Shown here one piece after another: positions 1 through 9,830 of a stretch of 64,000 nucleotides of DNA. The first letter of the stretch is position 1. Each line of letters begins with the position of its first letter. The notes beneath the pieces were generated by a model, which saw only the letters and a list, made by a program, of their open reading frames with translations, searched no databases and was not told the origin of the DNA. This DNA comes from an uncultured bacterium. Its GTDB lineage: Bacteria; Lernaellota; Lernaellaia; JACKCT01. The position numbers and the translations under genes were made by a program. Location of the stretch: the NCBI GenBank assembly GCA_964586775.1, contig CAZPJD010000225.1, positions 464-64,463 on the forward strand, given 5' to 3'.

Positions 1-16
1 CGGAAGGGATTTTACG

Positions 17-1492
17 TCAGGAGCGTGAACAAGATCTGGAGTCAGGTTTCTCCACCCGATACACCGCGAAGCGTCCGTCGCCCGAGCGGAAGACGCGCGT
101 GAACGCGAGGCCCAGTCGCTCGGCGGAGGGCGCGTCGGGCAGACCGAGCACCGGCGCAAAATCCACGGGGTTGTCGGGCTCGTAAGCGAGCCAGCGCGCG
201 CACGGATCGTCGAGCAGCTTTCGCAGGCCGGCCTCGTCGAACGCGCCGCCGGGCCCCGGCGCGGCCAGCACCGCGCGGCCATCGCGCAGATTCGCGTGAA
301 CGAGCAGCCACCCTTGCAGGCTCGTGCCGATCACCACGCGCTCGGGGGCTCGCGGCGTCTCGCGCAAGAACGCGGCCTGCTCCACCGCCCCGCCCGGCAC
401 GGCGAAGCGCGCGTTGTCGGCCAATGTGACGAGCGTCGAGAGCCCGATGAGGATCACCGACATCCCCGACGCGATGAACTTCTCGAACCACCGGCCGTCG
501 AGCCGCCTGGCGAGCTCCGCCGCCGCCTGCGGGATCATCATGACCACGAGCGGCATGACGTACTTGGTCTCGTTCGCGCCCATCGCGCCGCGCAGGGCCT
601 GCGTCTCGAAGACCGCGAAGGTCCACGCCGCGCTCGCCATCAGCGCCCACGCCCGGCGCGCGCGACGCAGCGTGATGAACGCGGCGAGGCCCAGCAACGC
701 CGTGGGCAGCGGCGCGTCATGCGCGAGCACCGCGGGCCACGCGATCGCCCGCTCAAAAAGCGATTTGTCCGCCATGTGGATCGCCGACACGCCCTGCGAG
801 ATGCGCAGGAAGTTCAGCGGATCGCCGGTCCGCGTCCATTGCCACGCGCACCACGTGGCGGGGAACGCCGCGCACGCGGCGACGAAGGCGAGCCCCTTGC
901 TGCGCCCGCGCCATAGCGCGAGCGCGCCGAGAATCGGCAGGGCGGCCCAGATCTCGAAGCGCGTGGCCGCCGCGACGGTGAACGCGAACCCGGCGATGGC
1001 CGCGGGCGCGACGCGCTCGGGATTCGTCCACCACGCGTCCCACGCCAAAAACGCGGCCATGACGATCGCGGCGTAGGGCATCATGTCGAGCCCGACGACC
1101 GAAAGGCGGATGCCGTGAGGGTGCGCCGTGAGCAGCACGAGGGCCAGCACGGCCTCGCGCACGCCGAAGATCCGCCGCGCGAGGAGGGCTACGATCCAAA
1201 ACAGCGCGAATGACGATATGAGCGAGAGCACGCGCGGAGCGAGGATTGGATCGGGAACGGCGGCCATGATCGCGGCGGTGAGGTAGTAGCCGACGGGGCC
1301 GTAGGCGGCGTCGGGCACCACCTCGAAATTCGCGAGCCAACGCTCGACGAAGAGGCCGCGGTCGTAAGCGTTGTGATGAAAGTCGATGCCGTTGTCCGAC
1401 GCGGCGAACACCGCGAGACGCACCGCAACGTAAACGGCGAAGACGACGAACGGCGCGACGCGCCAACCCCGCCAATTCTCGTCCGGCAGCAT
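17..1492 (-). CDS. Polytopic membrane protein, putative GT-C fold glycosyltransferase (PMT/ArnT-like, GT39/83-type) with C-terminal soluble domain
   Basis: 491 aa ORF with ~10 hydrophobic helices in the N-terminal two-thirds and a soluble C-terminal domain; 19 bp downstream of rmlD on the same strand; the function call rests on architecture only. Confidence 0.5.
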   Translation of the reverse strand: MLPDENWRGWRVAPFVVFAVYVAVRLAVFAASDNGIDFHHNAYDRGLFVERWLANFEVVPDAAYGPVGYYLTAAIMAAVPDPILAPRVLSLISSFALFWIVALLARRIFGVREAVLALVLLTAHPHGIRLSVVGLDMMPYAAIVMAAFLAWDAWWTNPERVAPAAIAGFAFTVAAATRFEIWAALPILGALALWRGRSKGLAFVAACAAFPATWCAWQWTRTGDPLNFLRISQGVSAIHMADKSLFERAIAWPAVLAHDAPLPTALLGLAAFITLRRARRAWALMASAAWTFAVFETQALRGAMGANETKYVMPLVVMMIPQAAAELARRLDGRWFEKFIASGMSVILIGLSTLVTLADNARFAVPGGAVEQAAFLRETPRAPERVVIGTSLQGWLLVHANLRDGRAVLAAPGPGGAFDEAGLRKLLDDPCARWLAYEPDNPVDFAPVLGLPDAPSAERLGLAFTRVFRSGDGRFAVYRVEKPDSRSCSRS

Positions 1493-1511
1493 TACGCCAT
1501 CCCGGCCCGGG

Positions 1512-2372
1512 TCATGCGGGCGATCCGGTGAGGTGATCGCGCAGCGCCTCGCGCCACGGGCGCATCGCGTATCCGGTCTCGCGCGTGAACCGCGAGCCGT
1601 CGAGCACCGAGTAGGCTGGGCGTTTCGCCTTGGTGGGATAGCGATCGCTCGAGCAGGCGACGACCTCGACGCCGTCGATGCCCGCGAATTCCACCACCGC
1701 GCACGCGAGGTCGTACCACGTCGCGAGCCCGGCGTTGACGATGTGGTAGATGCCCGACCCGTGGCCGTGCAGGACGCGCACGATCGCCTCGGCGAGATCC
1801 GCCGCGTAAGTGGGGCAGCCCGTTTGATCGTTCACCACCTCGAGCCGCGCCTGCTCGCGCGCCTTGCGCCGGATGGTGTCGACGAAGTTGCGTCCCAATC
1901 GCCCGTAGAGCCACGCCGTGCGGACGATGACCGCGTTTTGTGCGCCCGCGTCCATCACCGCGCGCTCGCCGTCGAGTTTCGATTGCGCGTAGATCGAAAT
2001 GGGATTCGGCAGGACGTCTTCCGTGATCGGCGCACTCGCCGTTCCGTCGAACACGTAGTCGGTGGAGATGTGCACCAAACGCCCGCTCTTTTTCGCGCAC
2101 GCGCGGGCGAGATGAGCCGGGATATCGACGTTGGCGCGCCTGGCGGCGTCGAGATTCGCCGGGTCTTCCGCGCCCTCGACGTCGGTGTATCCGGCGCAAT
2201 TGATGACCACGCCGGGCCGCAGGTCGTCCATCAACCAAGCGACGGTTTTCTCGTCGGCGAGGTCGCCGTCGGCGAGGTCCCATTCGACGGCGTTGTGACG
2301 ATAGTGTCGCAGCGCGAGAACCACCGCCCGCCCCAGCATGCCCCGCGATCCCGTGACCAGAACCCGCGTCAT
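1512..2372 (-). CDS. rmlD: dTDP-4-dehydrorhamnose reductase
   Basis: 286 aa; N-terminal Rossmann 'VLVTGSRGMLG'; 'STDYVFDG' and 'YAQSK' motifs typical of RmlD/RfbD. Confidence 0.85.
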   Translation of the reverse strand: MTRVLVTGSRGMLGRAVVLALRHYRHNAVEWDLADGDLADEKTVAWLMDDLRPGVVINCAGYTDVEGAEDPANLDAARRANVDIPAHLARACAKKSGRLVHISTDYVFDGTASAPITEDVLPNPISIYAQSKLDGERAVMDAGAQNAVIVRTAWLYGRLGRNFVDTIRRKAREQARLEVVNDQTGCPTYAADLAEAIVRVLHGHGSGIYHIVNAGLATWYDLACAVVEFAGIDGVEVVACSSDRYPTKAKRPAYSVLDGSRFTRETGYAMRPWREALRDHLTGSPA

Positions 2373-2660
2373 GACCTCACCGCATCCCGCGTCATGGCCT
2401 CACCGCGCCGCGCTTCATCGCGCCCCCGCGCCCGTTCGTGTTTCGAATGCCCGAAAGTCGTCGCGATTATAGTTCATCGCGTGGATTTTGCACGGTGGTT
2501 TCGCGACGATCGATCCGCGCTCCAGGTGATCGATGACTTCCCGCGGGTCCGGCACATCGCCCCTATCGCCACGTACGTCCGTTATGCTAGTTTTGAACGC
2601 CTGTTCGACGACGCGAGTGATGAACCGGGTCGTCCCCCTGCGCGGATGGAGGATGTTGTC

Positions 2661-4712
2661 ATGTCCCGCAAAGCGGCGGCGCTGGCCGTCATGTTGACCG
2701 TTCTGGCCGTGTGCGCGGCCGTTTTCCTGGCGTCGCCCCGGGACGACCTCGCGGCGGCGGACGTTTTCGCCAACGGCGCGATCGGCCCGCACGCGATGGA
2801 CCCCGTCCACCCGGTCGTGTTGCCCGCTCCCCAGTGGCCGCCGCGCGTCGTGAGCGCGTTTCCCAACACGTCGTACTTCTACGCCTTCGACAAGATCTAC
2901 CTGTTCGGCTACATCGATGGCACGACCTACACGCTCTACAACGCGGGCGGATCGCCGATCCAGAGCGGCACGCTCAACGACGGCGAGCACGTCGAGTTCG
3001 CCATCCTCACGGGTGTGTATCGCCTCGACGCCTCTGACCTGATCGCCGTGCTCGTGGGCAACGCCGACAACAACATCGTCGGTTACTACGCCGTCAACGA
3101 ACACTCGCTCGCCGTGGGCAACAAGTTCTACAGCTACCAGTACGCCAGCGGCCCCGACATGAAGCAGATCGCGTTCGCCTATCAGAACGGCACGACGATC
3201 CAGGCGTTCAACATGAACACCGGCGCTTCGCTCGGCACCACCACGATCAACGCGGGCGAGCACTGGGTGCTCAACACCGTTGCGAGCCGAAACAAGTACA
3301 TCAAGACGATCGCCGACAAGCCGATCTCGATCCTGAATTTCAGCGACATCGGTTACGCCGTGCCCGCGTCGACGGGCCTGTTCTCGGGCAAGCTCTTCCT
3401 GGGATACGCGGGATCGACGAGCGGCGACGGCGACGTGGTCGTGTCGAGCTTTACCGACGGCAACACCGTGACCGTGACGAACTCCACCACGAACGCCGTC
3501 ATCTTCACCGGCACGCTCGATCGCGGCGAGATGTGGCGGCAGACCTTTGCCGACATGTACTTCAAGGTCGAGTCGTCGGCCAACGTGTCGGTGAGCGTCG
3601 TGCCCTACATCGGCGCGGCGGGCGATTACCACTACATGTCCATCGCGTCGGACGACGTGGGCACGCGCATCGGCATCGATTTCTACTTCACCACCGTGAA
3701 CGGCCAGATCGACGTCTTCGCGTACGAGGACGCGACCAACGTCACCGTCACGGATACGCGCGGCACGGTGGACCCCGGCGACGACCTCGTGGCGTGGTCG
3801 GGCGCGCTCGATCAGGGCGGCCACCAGATGGTGACGTCGTACATGACGCAGTGGCACGTCGCGGCCGACAAAGGCGTGTCGGTGTTCACGAGCTTCGGAA
3901 CGCAGGCGGGTTCGGAGTTCATCCCGCTCTACGGCATCATCCTCGAGTGCGACAACGACGGCGACGGCCACGACGGGCCGCAGTGCGACGGCGACGATTG
4001 CAACGACTGGGACGACACGATCTATCCCGGCGCCGAGGAGATCAACTGCGATCGCATCGATCAGGACTGCGACGGAGAGGACCAGTGCCTGTGCGAAGGT
4101 CCCGAAGACTGCGACGACGGCATCTTCTGCAACGGCGCGGAAGAGTGCGACACGCAGACCGGGCTTTGCGGGCCGGGCGATTTCCCGTGTCCCGACGACG
4201 GCCTGTATTGCACCGGCCGCGAGCAGTGCAACGAAACGACGGACACGTGCGAGCAAAAGCAGGTGCCGAACTGCCCGGACGACGGCGCGTACTGCAACGG
4301 CGACGAGCTGTGTGACGAAGACCTCGACATGTGCGGTCACACCGGCAATCCGTGCCCCGACGACGGAGTGTTCTGCAACGGCTACGAGGAGTGCAACGAG
4401 CTGTCCGACCTGTGCGAGACGAACGTCGTGTGTGAAGACGACGGCGCGTTCTGCAACGGCGCGGAGACGTGCAACGAAGAGGCCCAGACCTGCGACCACG
4501 AGGGCAATCCCTGCCCCTCGGGCGAAATCTGTCTGGAAGACACGGACGAGTGCCTCGCCGGGGACGATGACGACATCGAGCCGCCGGCCGACGATGACGA
4601 AGAAGATCCCGGTCCGACGCCCGCCGGCGAAAAGGAAGAGGATGCGGGCTGGCCCGAGGGTCAGGTGACCGGCGGCTGCTGCGGTTGCGGAGACAACGGC
4701 ACGGACGACTGA
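2661..4712 (+). CDS. Secreted protein with beta-rich N-terminal region and C-terminal myxo-type cysteine-rich repeats plus PF11617-like metal-binding motif; acidic tail ending GGCCGCGDNGTDD
   Basis: GGAGGA RBS 8 nt upstream of ATG 2661; signal peptide MSRKAAALAVMLTVLAVCAAVFLASP; 'DCDGDDCNDWDDTIYPGAEEINCDRIDQDCDGED' then 7 x 'CPDDGxFCNGxEEC'-type repeats; the ORF-table start at 1533 is an antisense-of-rmlD extension. Confidence 0.75.
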   Translation: MSRKAAALAVMLTVLAVCAAVFLASPRDDLAAADVFANGAIGPHAMDPVHPVVLPAPQWPPRVVSAFPNTSYFYAFDKIYLFGYIDGTTYTLYNAGGSPIQSGTLNDGEHVEFAILTGVYRLDASDLIAVLVGNADNNIVGYYAVNEHSLAVGNKFYSYQYASGPDMKQIAFAYQNGTTIQAFNMNTGASLGTTTINAGEHWVLNTVASRNKYIKTIADKPISILNFSDIGYAVPASTGLFSGKLFLGYAGSTSGDGDVVVSSFTDGNTVTVTNSTTNAVIFTGTLDRGEMWRQTFADMYFKVESSANVSVSVVPYIGAAGDYHYMSIASDDVGTRIGIDFYFTTVNGQIDVFAYEDATNVTVTDTRGTVDPGDDLVAWSGALDQGGHQMVTSYMTQWHVAADKGVSVFTSFGTQAGSEFIPLYGIILECDNDGDGHDGPQCDGDDCNDWDDTIYPGAEEINCDRIDQDCDGEDQCLCEGPEDCDDGIFCNGAEECDTQTGLCGPGDFPCPDDGLYCTGREQCNETTDTCEQKQVPNCPDDGAYCNGDELCDEDLDMCGHTGNPCPDDGVFCNGYEECNELSDLCETNVVCEDDGAFCNGAETCNEEAQTCDHEGNPCPSGEICLEDTDECLAGDDDDIEPPADDDEEDPGPTPAGEKEEDAGWPEGQVTGGCCGCGDNGTDD

Positions 4713-4742
4713 ACGTCAGCCGAATTCGACTCGATCGAAGAG

Positions 4743-4774
4743 ACGGCGTCCCCTTGGGGCCGCCGTTTCCTTTG
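4743..4774. terminator. Hairpin (ACGGCG-TCCCC/GGGGC-CGCCGT) followed by TTTCCTTT between convergent genes
   Basis: GC-rich inverted repeat plus T-rich tract in the 72-bp gap between the ends of 2661..4712(+) and 4785..5771(-). Confidence 0.35.
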
Positions 4775-4784
4775 AGAGCGGCGA

Positions 4785-5771
4785 CTACAAATCCAGCACC
4801 GTCTTAAAGTGCTCGTAGATCTTGCGGTTCGCGTACGATGGAAATCCGATCGAGGTGTAGTGCGTGAGCGGCATGAAGTGGACCGTGGGCTTGCCGTAGG
4901 TGTCGCGCGTTTTCAGCACGAGCTCGCGCGGGATGATGTCGTCGATCGCGCCGTTCACCATCACGAGCCGCGCGGGGTCGATGCGGTCGGCGTAGCGCGC
5001 GGGGTCAACGGGGCCAAAGGCCGGCTCCACCGCGGCGCGAAGCTGCGCGGGCGTGATGTTCTCGCGCTCCATCACCGCGTCGCGCAGCTTGTACACGCGT
5101 GAAAACCCGCTCTCGGCCACGATGTCGGACAGGTGCGCGCCGGTGACCAGAAACCCCGCCGCCTCGACACGCCCGTCGGATTCCATCGTCAGCGCGCCGA
5201 TGATGCCGCCGAGCGAAATGCCCATCACGGCCGTCTTGTTCTTGTCCACGTATGGCAGCGTGTCGAGGTAATCGATCGCCCGGCGCGCGTCGATCACCGC
5301 CTGCCGAATCTGCATGGCGCTGTATTCGAGCGGCTTGTCAGGCTTAAAAAACGTTTCGCGCCGACGCAGCGCGATGACCGTGAAACCGCGTTCGGCGAAA
5401 TACTCGGCGTAGGGTTTGACGATATCATAGGGACCGCCCGTCGGCGGCAGCAGCACCAGCGCGGGAGTCTGCTTGTTCTCGTCCTTGGGCGAATAGAAAA
5501 ACGCCTTCGCGTTCTTCTCCTTCATCTTCTCCATGTCGCGCGCGCGCCATTTGAGGCCGCGTTCGACGTATTTGCCGTGGTCCTTCGTCTTGCCATCGAT
5601 GACGGGCGCAATCGGGTTCGCGCGGTCGTAGGCGAACTCGGGAATCTCCTCGCGCGCGAGCGCCGGCGGCGACGCGGCCATCGTCCCCTCGAAGCGGTAC
5701 GTGGCGCATCCCGACGCGAGCGCGGCAACGGCGAGCGCGAAGACGAACGAAACTCCCGCAAGACGGCGCAT
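4785..5771 (-). CDS. Lipoprotein, alpha/beta-hydrolase fold (dienelactone hydrolase/esterase-like)
   Basis: N-terminal 'FALAVAALASGC' lipobox-like signal; GxSxG nucleophile elbow 'GISLGG'; 328 aa. Confidence 0.7.
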   Translation of the reverse strand: MRRLAGVSFVFALAVAALASGCATYRFEGTMAASPPALAREEIPEFAYDRANPIAPVIDGKTKDHGKYVERGLKWRARDMEKMKEKNAKAFFYSPKDENKQTPALVLLPPTGGPYDIVKPYAEYFAERGFTVIALRRRETFFKPDKPLEYSAMQIRQAVIDARRAIDYLDTLPYVDKNKTAVMGISLGGIIGALTMESDGRVEAAGFLVTGAHLSDIVAESGFSRVYKLRDAVMERENITPAQLRAAVEPAFGPVDPARYADRIDPARLVMVNGAIDDIIPRELVLKTRDTYGKPTVHFMPLTHYTSIGFPSYANRKIYEHFKTVLDL

Positions 5772-5855
5772 GGGTGATCCCCCGAATGTGCGCGCACGTT
5801 AGCAAAGGAACGCGCCCGGCGACAACCGACGCGCGGTCCGCCGTGTCGATTCGCG

Positions 5856-5886
5856 TTGACACCGAAAAAACGCGCGTGATATGAAT
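5856..5886 (+). promoter_or_regulatory. Candidate sigma70-type promoter for parA (TTGACA-N18-TATGAAT)
   Basis: 'cgcgTTGACAccgaaaaaacgcgcgtgaTATGAATcg' about 35 bp upstream of the parA ATG in the divergent intergenic region. Confidence 0.3.
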
Positions 5887-5921
5887 CGCCGTCTTTCCTC
5901 TCCGGCGGGATTTTCCAGAGC

Positions 5922-6725
5922 ATGGCGGTCATCTCGATCACCAATCAAAAGGGCGGTGTCGGCAAAACGACCACGGCGATCAACCTGGGCGCCGGGCTCG
6001 CCCGCAAGGGCCTGCGCGTGCTGATCGTCGATCTCGACGCCCAGTGCAACGCCACGCAGTTCCTGTACCGCCGACTCGAGGATGACGAGCCGGGCGTGTG
6101 CGAGGCGCTGCTCGAGGAACGCCCCCTCGCAAAGATCGTCGTGAAGACCAATGTGGAGGGCCTCGATCTCGCCCCCGCCGGCGAAAGTCTCGCCAACGCC
6201 GATCTCAACCTCGCGAGCCTGATGGGGCGCGAGCGCTACCTGGCGAATCTGCTGGAAGACAAGACCCTGCGCGCGTACGACCACATCCTCATCGACACCG
6301 GCCCCTATCTGGGGCTGCTCACCATCAACGCCTTCGTCGCCTCCGACGCGCTGATCGTGCCGGTGAGCTGCGAATATCTGCCGCTCCTCGGGCTCAAGTT
6401 CCTGCTCGAAACCGTGGACAAGGTGAAACGCAAGCTGCACCCCGATCTCGAGATCCTGGGATTCCTGCTGACCATGGTGGACCGGCGCGAAAAAATCACG
6501 GGCGAGGTCGAGCAGGTGATGGCGAGCCGGTTCGGGGATCGGTTGTTTCAGACCCGGATTCGGATTAATACCAAGCACAAGAGCGCGCCGCACGCCCGGG
6601 AGACGATCTTCCAGTATGAGGGTTCAGCCTCGGGGAAAGGGACGCAGGATTTTGCGGCCCTGACCGAAGAGGTGCTCGCGCGTCTCGATGGAGGCAAGAC
6701 CCGTCATGGCCAAAAAGCCCGGTAG
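5922..6725 (+). CDS. parA: ParA/MinD-family P-loop ATPase (orphan ParA)
   Basis: Deviant Walker A 'NQKGGVGKTTTAINLG'; 267 aa; typical ParA length and motifs. Confidence 0.85.
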   Translation: MAVISITNQKGGVGKTTTAINLGAGLARKGLRVLIVDLDAQCNATQFLYRRLEDDEPGVCEALLEERPLAKIVVKTNVEGLDLAPAGESLANADLNLASLMGRERYLANLLEDKTLRAYDHILIDTGPYLGLLTINAFVASDALIVPVSCEYLPLLGLKFLLETVDKVKRKLHPDLEILGFLLTMVDRREKITGEVEQVMASRFGDRLFQTRIRINTKHKSAPHARETIFQYEGSASGKGTQDFAALTEEVLARLDGGKTRHGQKAR

Positions 6726-7374
6726 CAAAGGCTTCGATTCCATCTTCGACGCGACCGACGCCAAGTCGGCCAAGTCGGCGCGCGCGCGCCGGACGACCGC
6801 CAAGTCGACCCCGCCGGCCGCGTCCGCCGCGTCTGCCGCCCACGCGGCCGAGGCCAAGCCCGCGAACGGCAACGGCAACGGCAACGGATTCGAGCCCTAC
6901 GAACTCGATCGCTTCTCGGTGGTGAAAACCCTGCTCAAGACGCACGAAGACGAGGTGATCTACCGCAAGACCAAGGAAGACCGCCTGCTCATCACGGGCA
7001 TCTCCCTCGTCGCGGGCGTCGCCATCGGCGCGTTCCTCATCCGCGCTTTGTGCGGTGGCTGCGCGGGAAGCTGGATCTATTCGTTCCTCTTCCGCGTCTT
7101 TTTCTCGCTCATGGTCGGCCTCACGGGCTTCACCATCGCGGCCATGATGGAACTCAACCGCACGCGCTTGCAGGACCTGCTCGCGATCGTCGTGAAGATC
7201 CACGAACAGTTCCGGCTCTTCGACGACGGCGTGTACGACAAGTCCGGCTCGGCGTTTCTGCCCAGCACCTACAAGTTCGTCGGCAGCATCAACGACGACG
7301 AGACCAACTACGCACTTCTCGTTTTGAAGGTCGCCTCGGTCATCACGGCCGTTTTCGTCCTCTTGTTCGTCTGA
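6706..7374 (+). CDS. Membrane protein with Lys/Arg/Ala-rich disordered N-terminal tail, translationally coupled to parA
   Basis: ATG lies inside the parA 3' end (20-nt overlap); 'MAKKPGSKGFDS...AKSAKSARARRTTAKS...NGNGNGNG' followed by 3-4 TM helices. Confidence 0.55.
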   Translation: MAKKPGSKGFDSIFDATDAKSAKSARARRTTAKSTPPAASAASAAHAAEAKPANGNGNGNGFEPYELDRFSVVKTLLKTHEDEVIYRKTKEDRLLITGISLVAGVAIGAFLIRALCGGCAGSWIYSFLFRVFFSLMVGLTGFTIAAMMELNRTRLQDLLAIVVKIHEQFRLFDDGVYDKSGSAFLPSTYKFVGSINDDETNYALLVLKVASVITAVFVLLFV

Positions 7375-7438
7375 TCGCAGCGCCGCCGCCAAGGACCGCC
7401 GGGCTCGATCGGGCACCGGCGGTTTTCATTGGGACGCC

Positions 7439-9781
7439 ATGACGGATCGCGAAGCGCATTCCGATTCCCCGGCCCGTCGCGCCCCGCGCGCGTTCGGGGT
7501 GTGGTGCGTCGCGACGGGCGTCCTCACCGCGGTACAGCTCGCGCTGCCACTCGTCGGCGTGCCCGGTTACGAGGCCGCCCAAATCCAGACGATCTGGTTC
7601 GCCGTCGCCGCGGGTCACATCGCCATCGCGTGGGCAAGGCATCGCTCGAACACGCCCCTGCTCGCGACCGCCGCGACCGCCGCGCTGGCGACCGCGCTCG
7701 TCTGGCTGGCGTGCGTCGCGGCGCTGTTCGGCGCGGGATTCGCGCGCGGCGCATGCGACGCATCGCGCGACGTGTGGTGGTTTCTCATTCTGCCCGGCCC
7801 GGCCATTGCGCTGGGCGCGGCGTGGGGCGCGTTTCTGGCATCGCTCGGGCTTTCCGGTCGCCGAACGCACCTCGCTTATGTCGCCGTCGTCGCCGTCCAT
7901 CTCGCGTGGGAGCTCGCCGGCATCCGCACGCAGCCGATGACCTTTTCCTACAACGCGCTCCTCGGCTACTTCCCGGGACCGGTGTACGACCGCGCGGTGC
8001 GCATCGGCGCGACGCTTGCCGCCTCACGCGCGCTCGGCCTTTCCGAGGCGACGGCGCTCTTCGCACTGGCGGCCCTCGTCGAAGGAAAGCGCGGGCGAAA
8101 AGCCCTCGCCGCCGCGCCGGTTGCGTCGTTCGCGGCAGGTTTCGTCGCGGCGGTCGCGCTCGCGATCGTCGGACCGACCCTCGACGCCTCGACCGATCGC
8201 GCGAAGATCGACGCCACCCTCGGCGCGATTGCCCGCGGGCCGAACGTGACGATGCACTTCCCCGAGGATACGCCGCCGGACGAGGCGCGGCTGTTGCTCA
8301 TCGACCTCGAGCACCGGTTTACGCGCCAGGCGCGGTGGCTCGGCCTCGCCGAGCCCGAGCCCGTCGATGCGTACTACTACCGCTCGGCCCGCGAAAAGAA
8401 GCGGCTGACCGGCGCGGGCGACACGCAGTGGGCGAGTTGCTGGAACCGCGAGATGCACATGACGATCGAGCGGCCGCCGCACTCGGTTCTCAAGCACGAG
8501 GTCGTGCACGTGCTGGCCGAGCCGTGGGGAATTCCGGGGCTGGGGTTCTCGCGCGTGCTCGGCCTCACCGAAGGGCTCGCCGTCGCGTCCGAGGTCTGGC
8601 GCGAGGACTGGACGATCCCGTATTGGGCCGCCGCGATGAAATCCGTCGGCCGTCTGCCCGATCTCGCCGACATCTCGGGGCCCACGGGCTTCTGGCGACT
8701 TTCCGGCACACGCAGCTACCTCGCGTGGGGCGGGTTCCTCACGTGGCTGCGCGAGCGTCATTCGAACGACGCCATTGCGCGCGTGTATCGCACGGGCGAC
8801 TTTCGCGAGGCGTTCGGCAAGAGCCTTCGCGAGCTGGTGGACGAGTGGGAATCGTCGCTCGATGCGATTCGGGTCCCGCCCGATCTCCTCCGCGTCGCGG
8901 CGTATCGATTCTTCCGACCGTCTCTCTTCGAGGGCCGCTGCGCGCGAACCGTCGGCACGCTGGAAGAAGACGGCGCACGGGCGCTCGACGCGGGGCGCGC
9001 GCAAAAGTCGGTGCGTCTTTTCGCCGATGCGCTCGAACTTTCCGGCGGCGATTCGCGCAACCGGCGCGACTTCATGGCGGCCCTCGTGTCGGCGCGGAGA
9101 CTCGACCAGGCCGAGCGCGAGGCCGCAGAAATCTTCGCCGCGGAGGGCGCGGAGTTTTTCGCGACGCCCGAGCCTGGCAAGCCCGTTCACGGCAATCTGC
9201 TCGCGGCGACGCAGGCCCGGCTCACGCAGGCCGCCCTCGCGTGGCGTCGCGGAGATCGCGAATCCGCGCGGCGGTTTTACGAAGACGTGCGCGCATTCGG
9301 TGTGGGCGACGCGAATCGACGCGAGGCAATCGTGGCGCTTGACGCGCTCGGTTCCGCCGCGATCGAGCCGATGATTCGCCGCTATCTGGTGGAGCCCGAT
9401 GCCGAGGGCGCGCGTTGGCACGATCTGCACGCGGCGCTGGATGCCCGGCCCGATGACGCGGTGGCGCGTTACCTGCTCGGGCGCAGGCTCTACGGCGCGC
9501 GACGGTTTGACGACGCGGTGACGCACCTCGATGCCGCGCTCACGCTCGGTTTGCCGGACGACGCGCTGACGCGCGAGGCGTGGCGCACGCTGGGCCGCGC
9601 ACACTACGAGGCCGGGCGATTCGAGGACGCGGCGGTGGTGTTCACCGAGCGCCGACCCGCGAGTCTGTCGGAGGGTGCGCGCAAAGACGCCGACGAGTGG
9701 ATCGACCGCTGCCTGTTCGCCGCGACGTTCCCCGAAACCGTTTCGATCGAAAACGTCGGTGGAATGGGCGACGACGACTGA
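7439..9781 (+). CDS. Polytopic membrane protein with HExxH zincin-like motif and C-terminal TPR-like helical repeats
   Basis: ~6 N-terminal TM helices; 'VLKHEVVHVLAEPWG' (HExxH); C-terminal Ala/Arg/Leu-rich repeat region consistent with TPR; 780 aa. Confidence 0.6.
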   Translation: MTDREAHSDSPARRAPRAFGVWCVATGVLTAVQLALPLVGVPGYEAAQIQTIWFAVAAGHIAIAWARHRSNTPLLATAATAALATALVWLACVAALFGAGFARGACDASRDVWWFLILPGPAIALGAAWGAFLASLGLSGRRTHLAYVAVVAVHLAWELAGIRTQPMTFSYNALLGYFPGPVYDRAVRIGATLAASRALGLSEATALFALAALVEGKRGRKALAAAPVASFAAGFVAAVALAIVGPTLDASTDRAKIDATLGAIARGPNVTMHFPEDTPPDEARLLLIDLEHRFTRQARWLGLAEPEPVDAYYYRSAREKKRLTGAGDTQWASCWNREMHMTIERPPHSVLKHEVVHVLAEPWGIPGLGFSRVLGLTEGLAVASEVWREDWTIPYWAAAMKSVGRLPDLADISGPTGFWRLSGTRSYLAWGGFLTWLRERHSNDAIARVYRTGDFREAFGKSLRELVDEWESSLDAIRVPPDLLRVAAYRFFRPSLFEGRCARTVGTLEEDGARALDAGRAQKSVRLFADALELSGGDSRNRRDFMAALVSARRLDQAEREAAEIFAAEGAEFFATPEPGKPVHGNLLAATQARLTQAALAWRRGDRESARRFYEDVRAFGVGDANRREAIVALDALGSAAIEPMIRRYLVEPDAEGARWHDLHAALDARPDDAVARYLLGRRLYGARRFDDAVTHLDAALTLGLPDDALTREAWRTLGRAHYEAGRFEDAAVVFTERRPASLSEGARKDADEWIDRCLFAATFPETVSIENVGGMGDDD

Positions 9782-9830
9782 CGGTTCGCCCCTTGCCGCC
9801 GCGCGGCCCGTTCGATAACGTCCGAGACGC

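Noticed and set aside
1533-2660. 5' extension of the big exoprotein ORF (table start 1533)
   Set aside because: The extension is antisense to rmlD. It has no RBS, and the real start at 2661 has GGAGGA plus a signal peptide.
2415-4499. 694-aa minus-strand ORF overlapping the Cys-repeat exoprotein
   Set aside because: It is antisense to a gene with a clear RBS, signal peptide and conserved repeat motifs. The composition is Val/Ala/Arg-rich nonsense.
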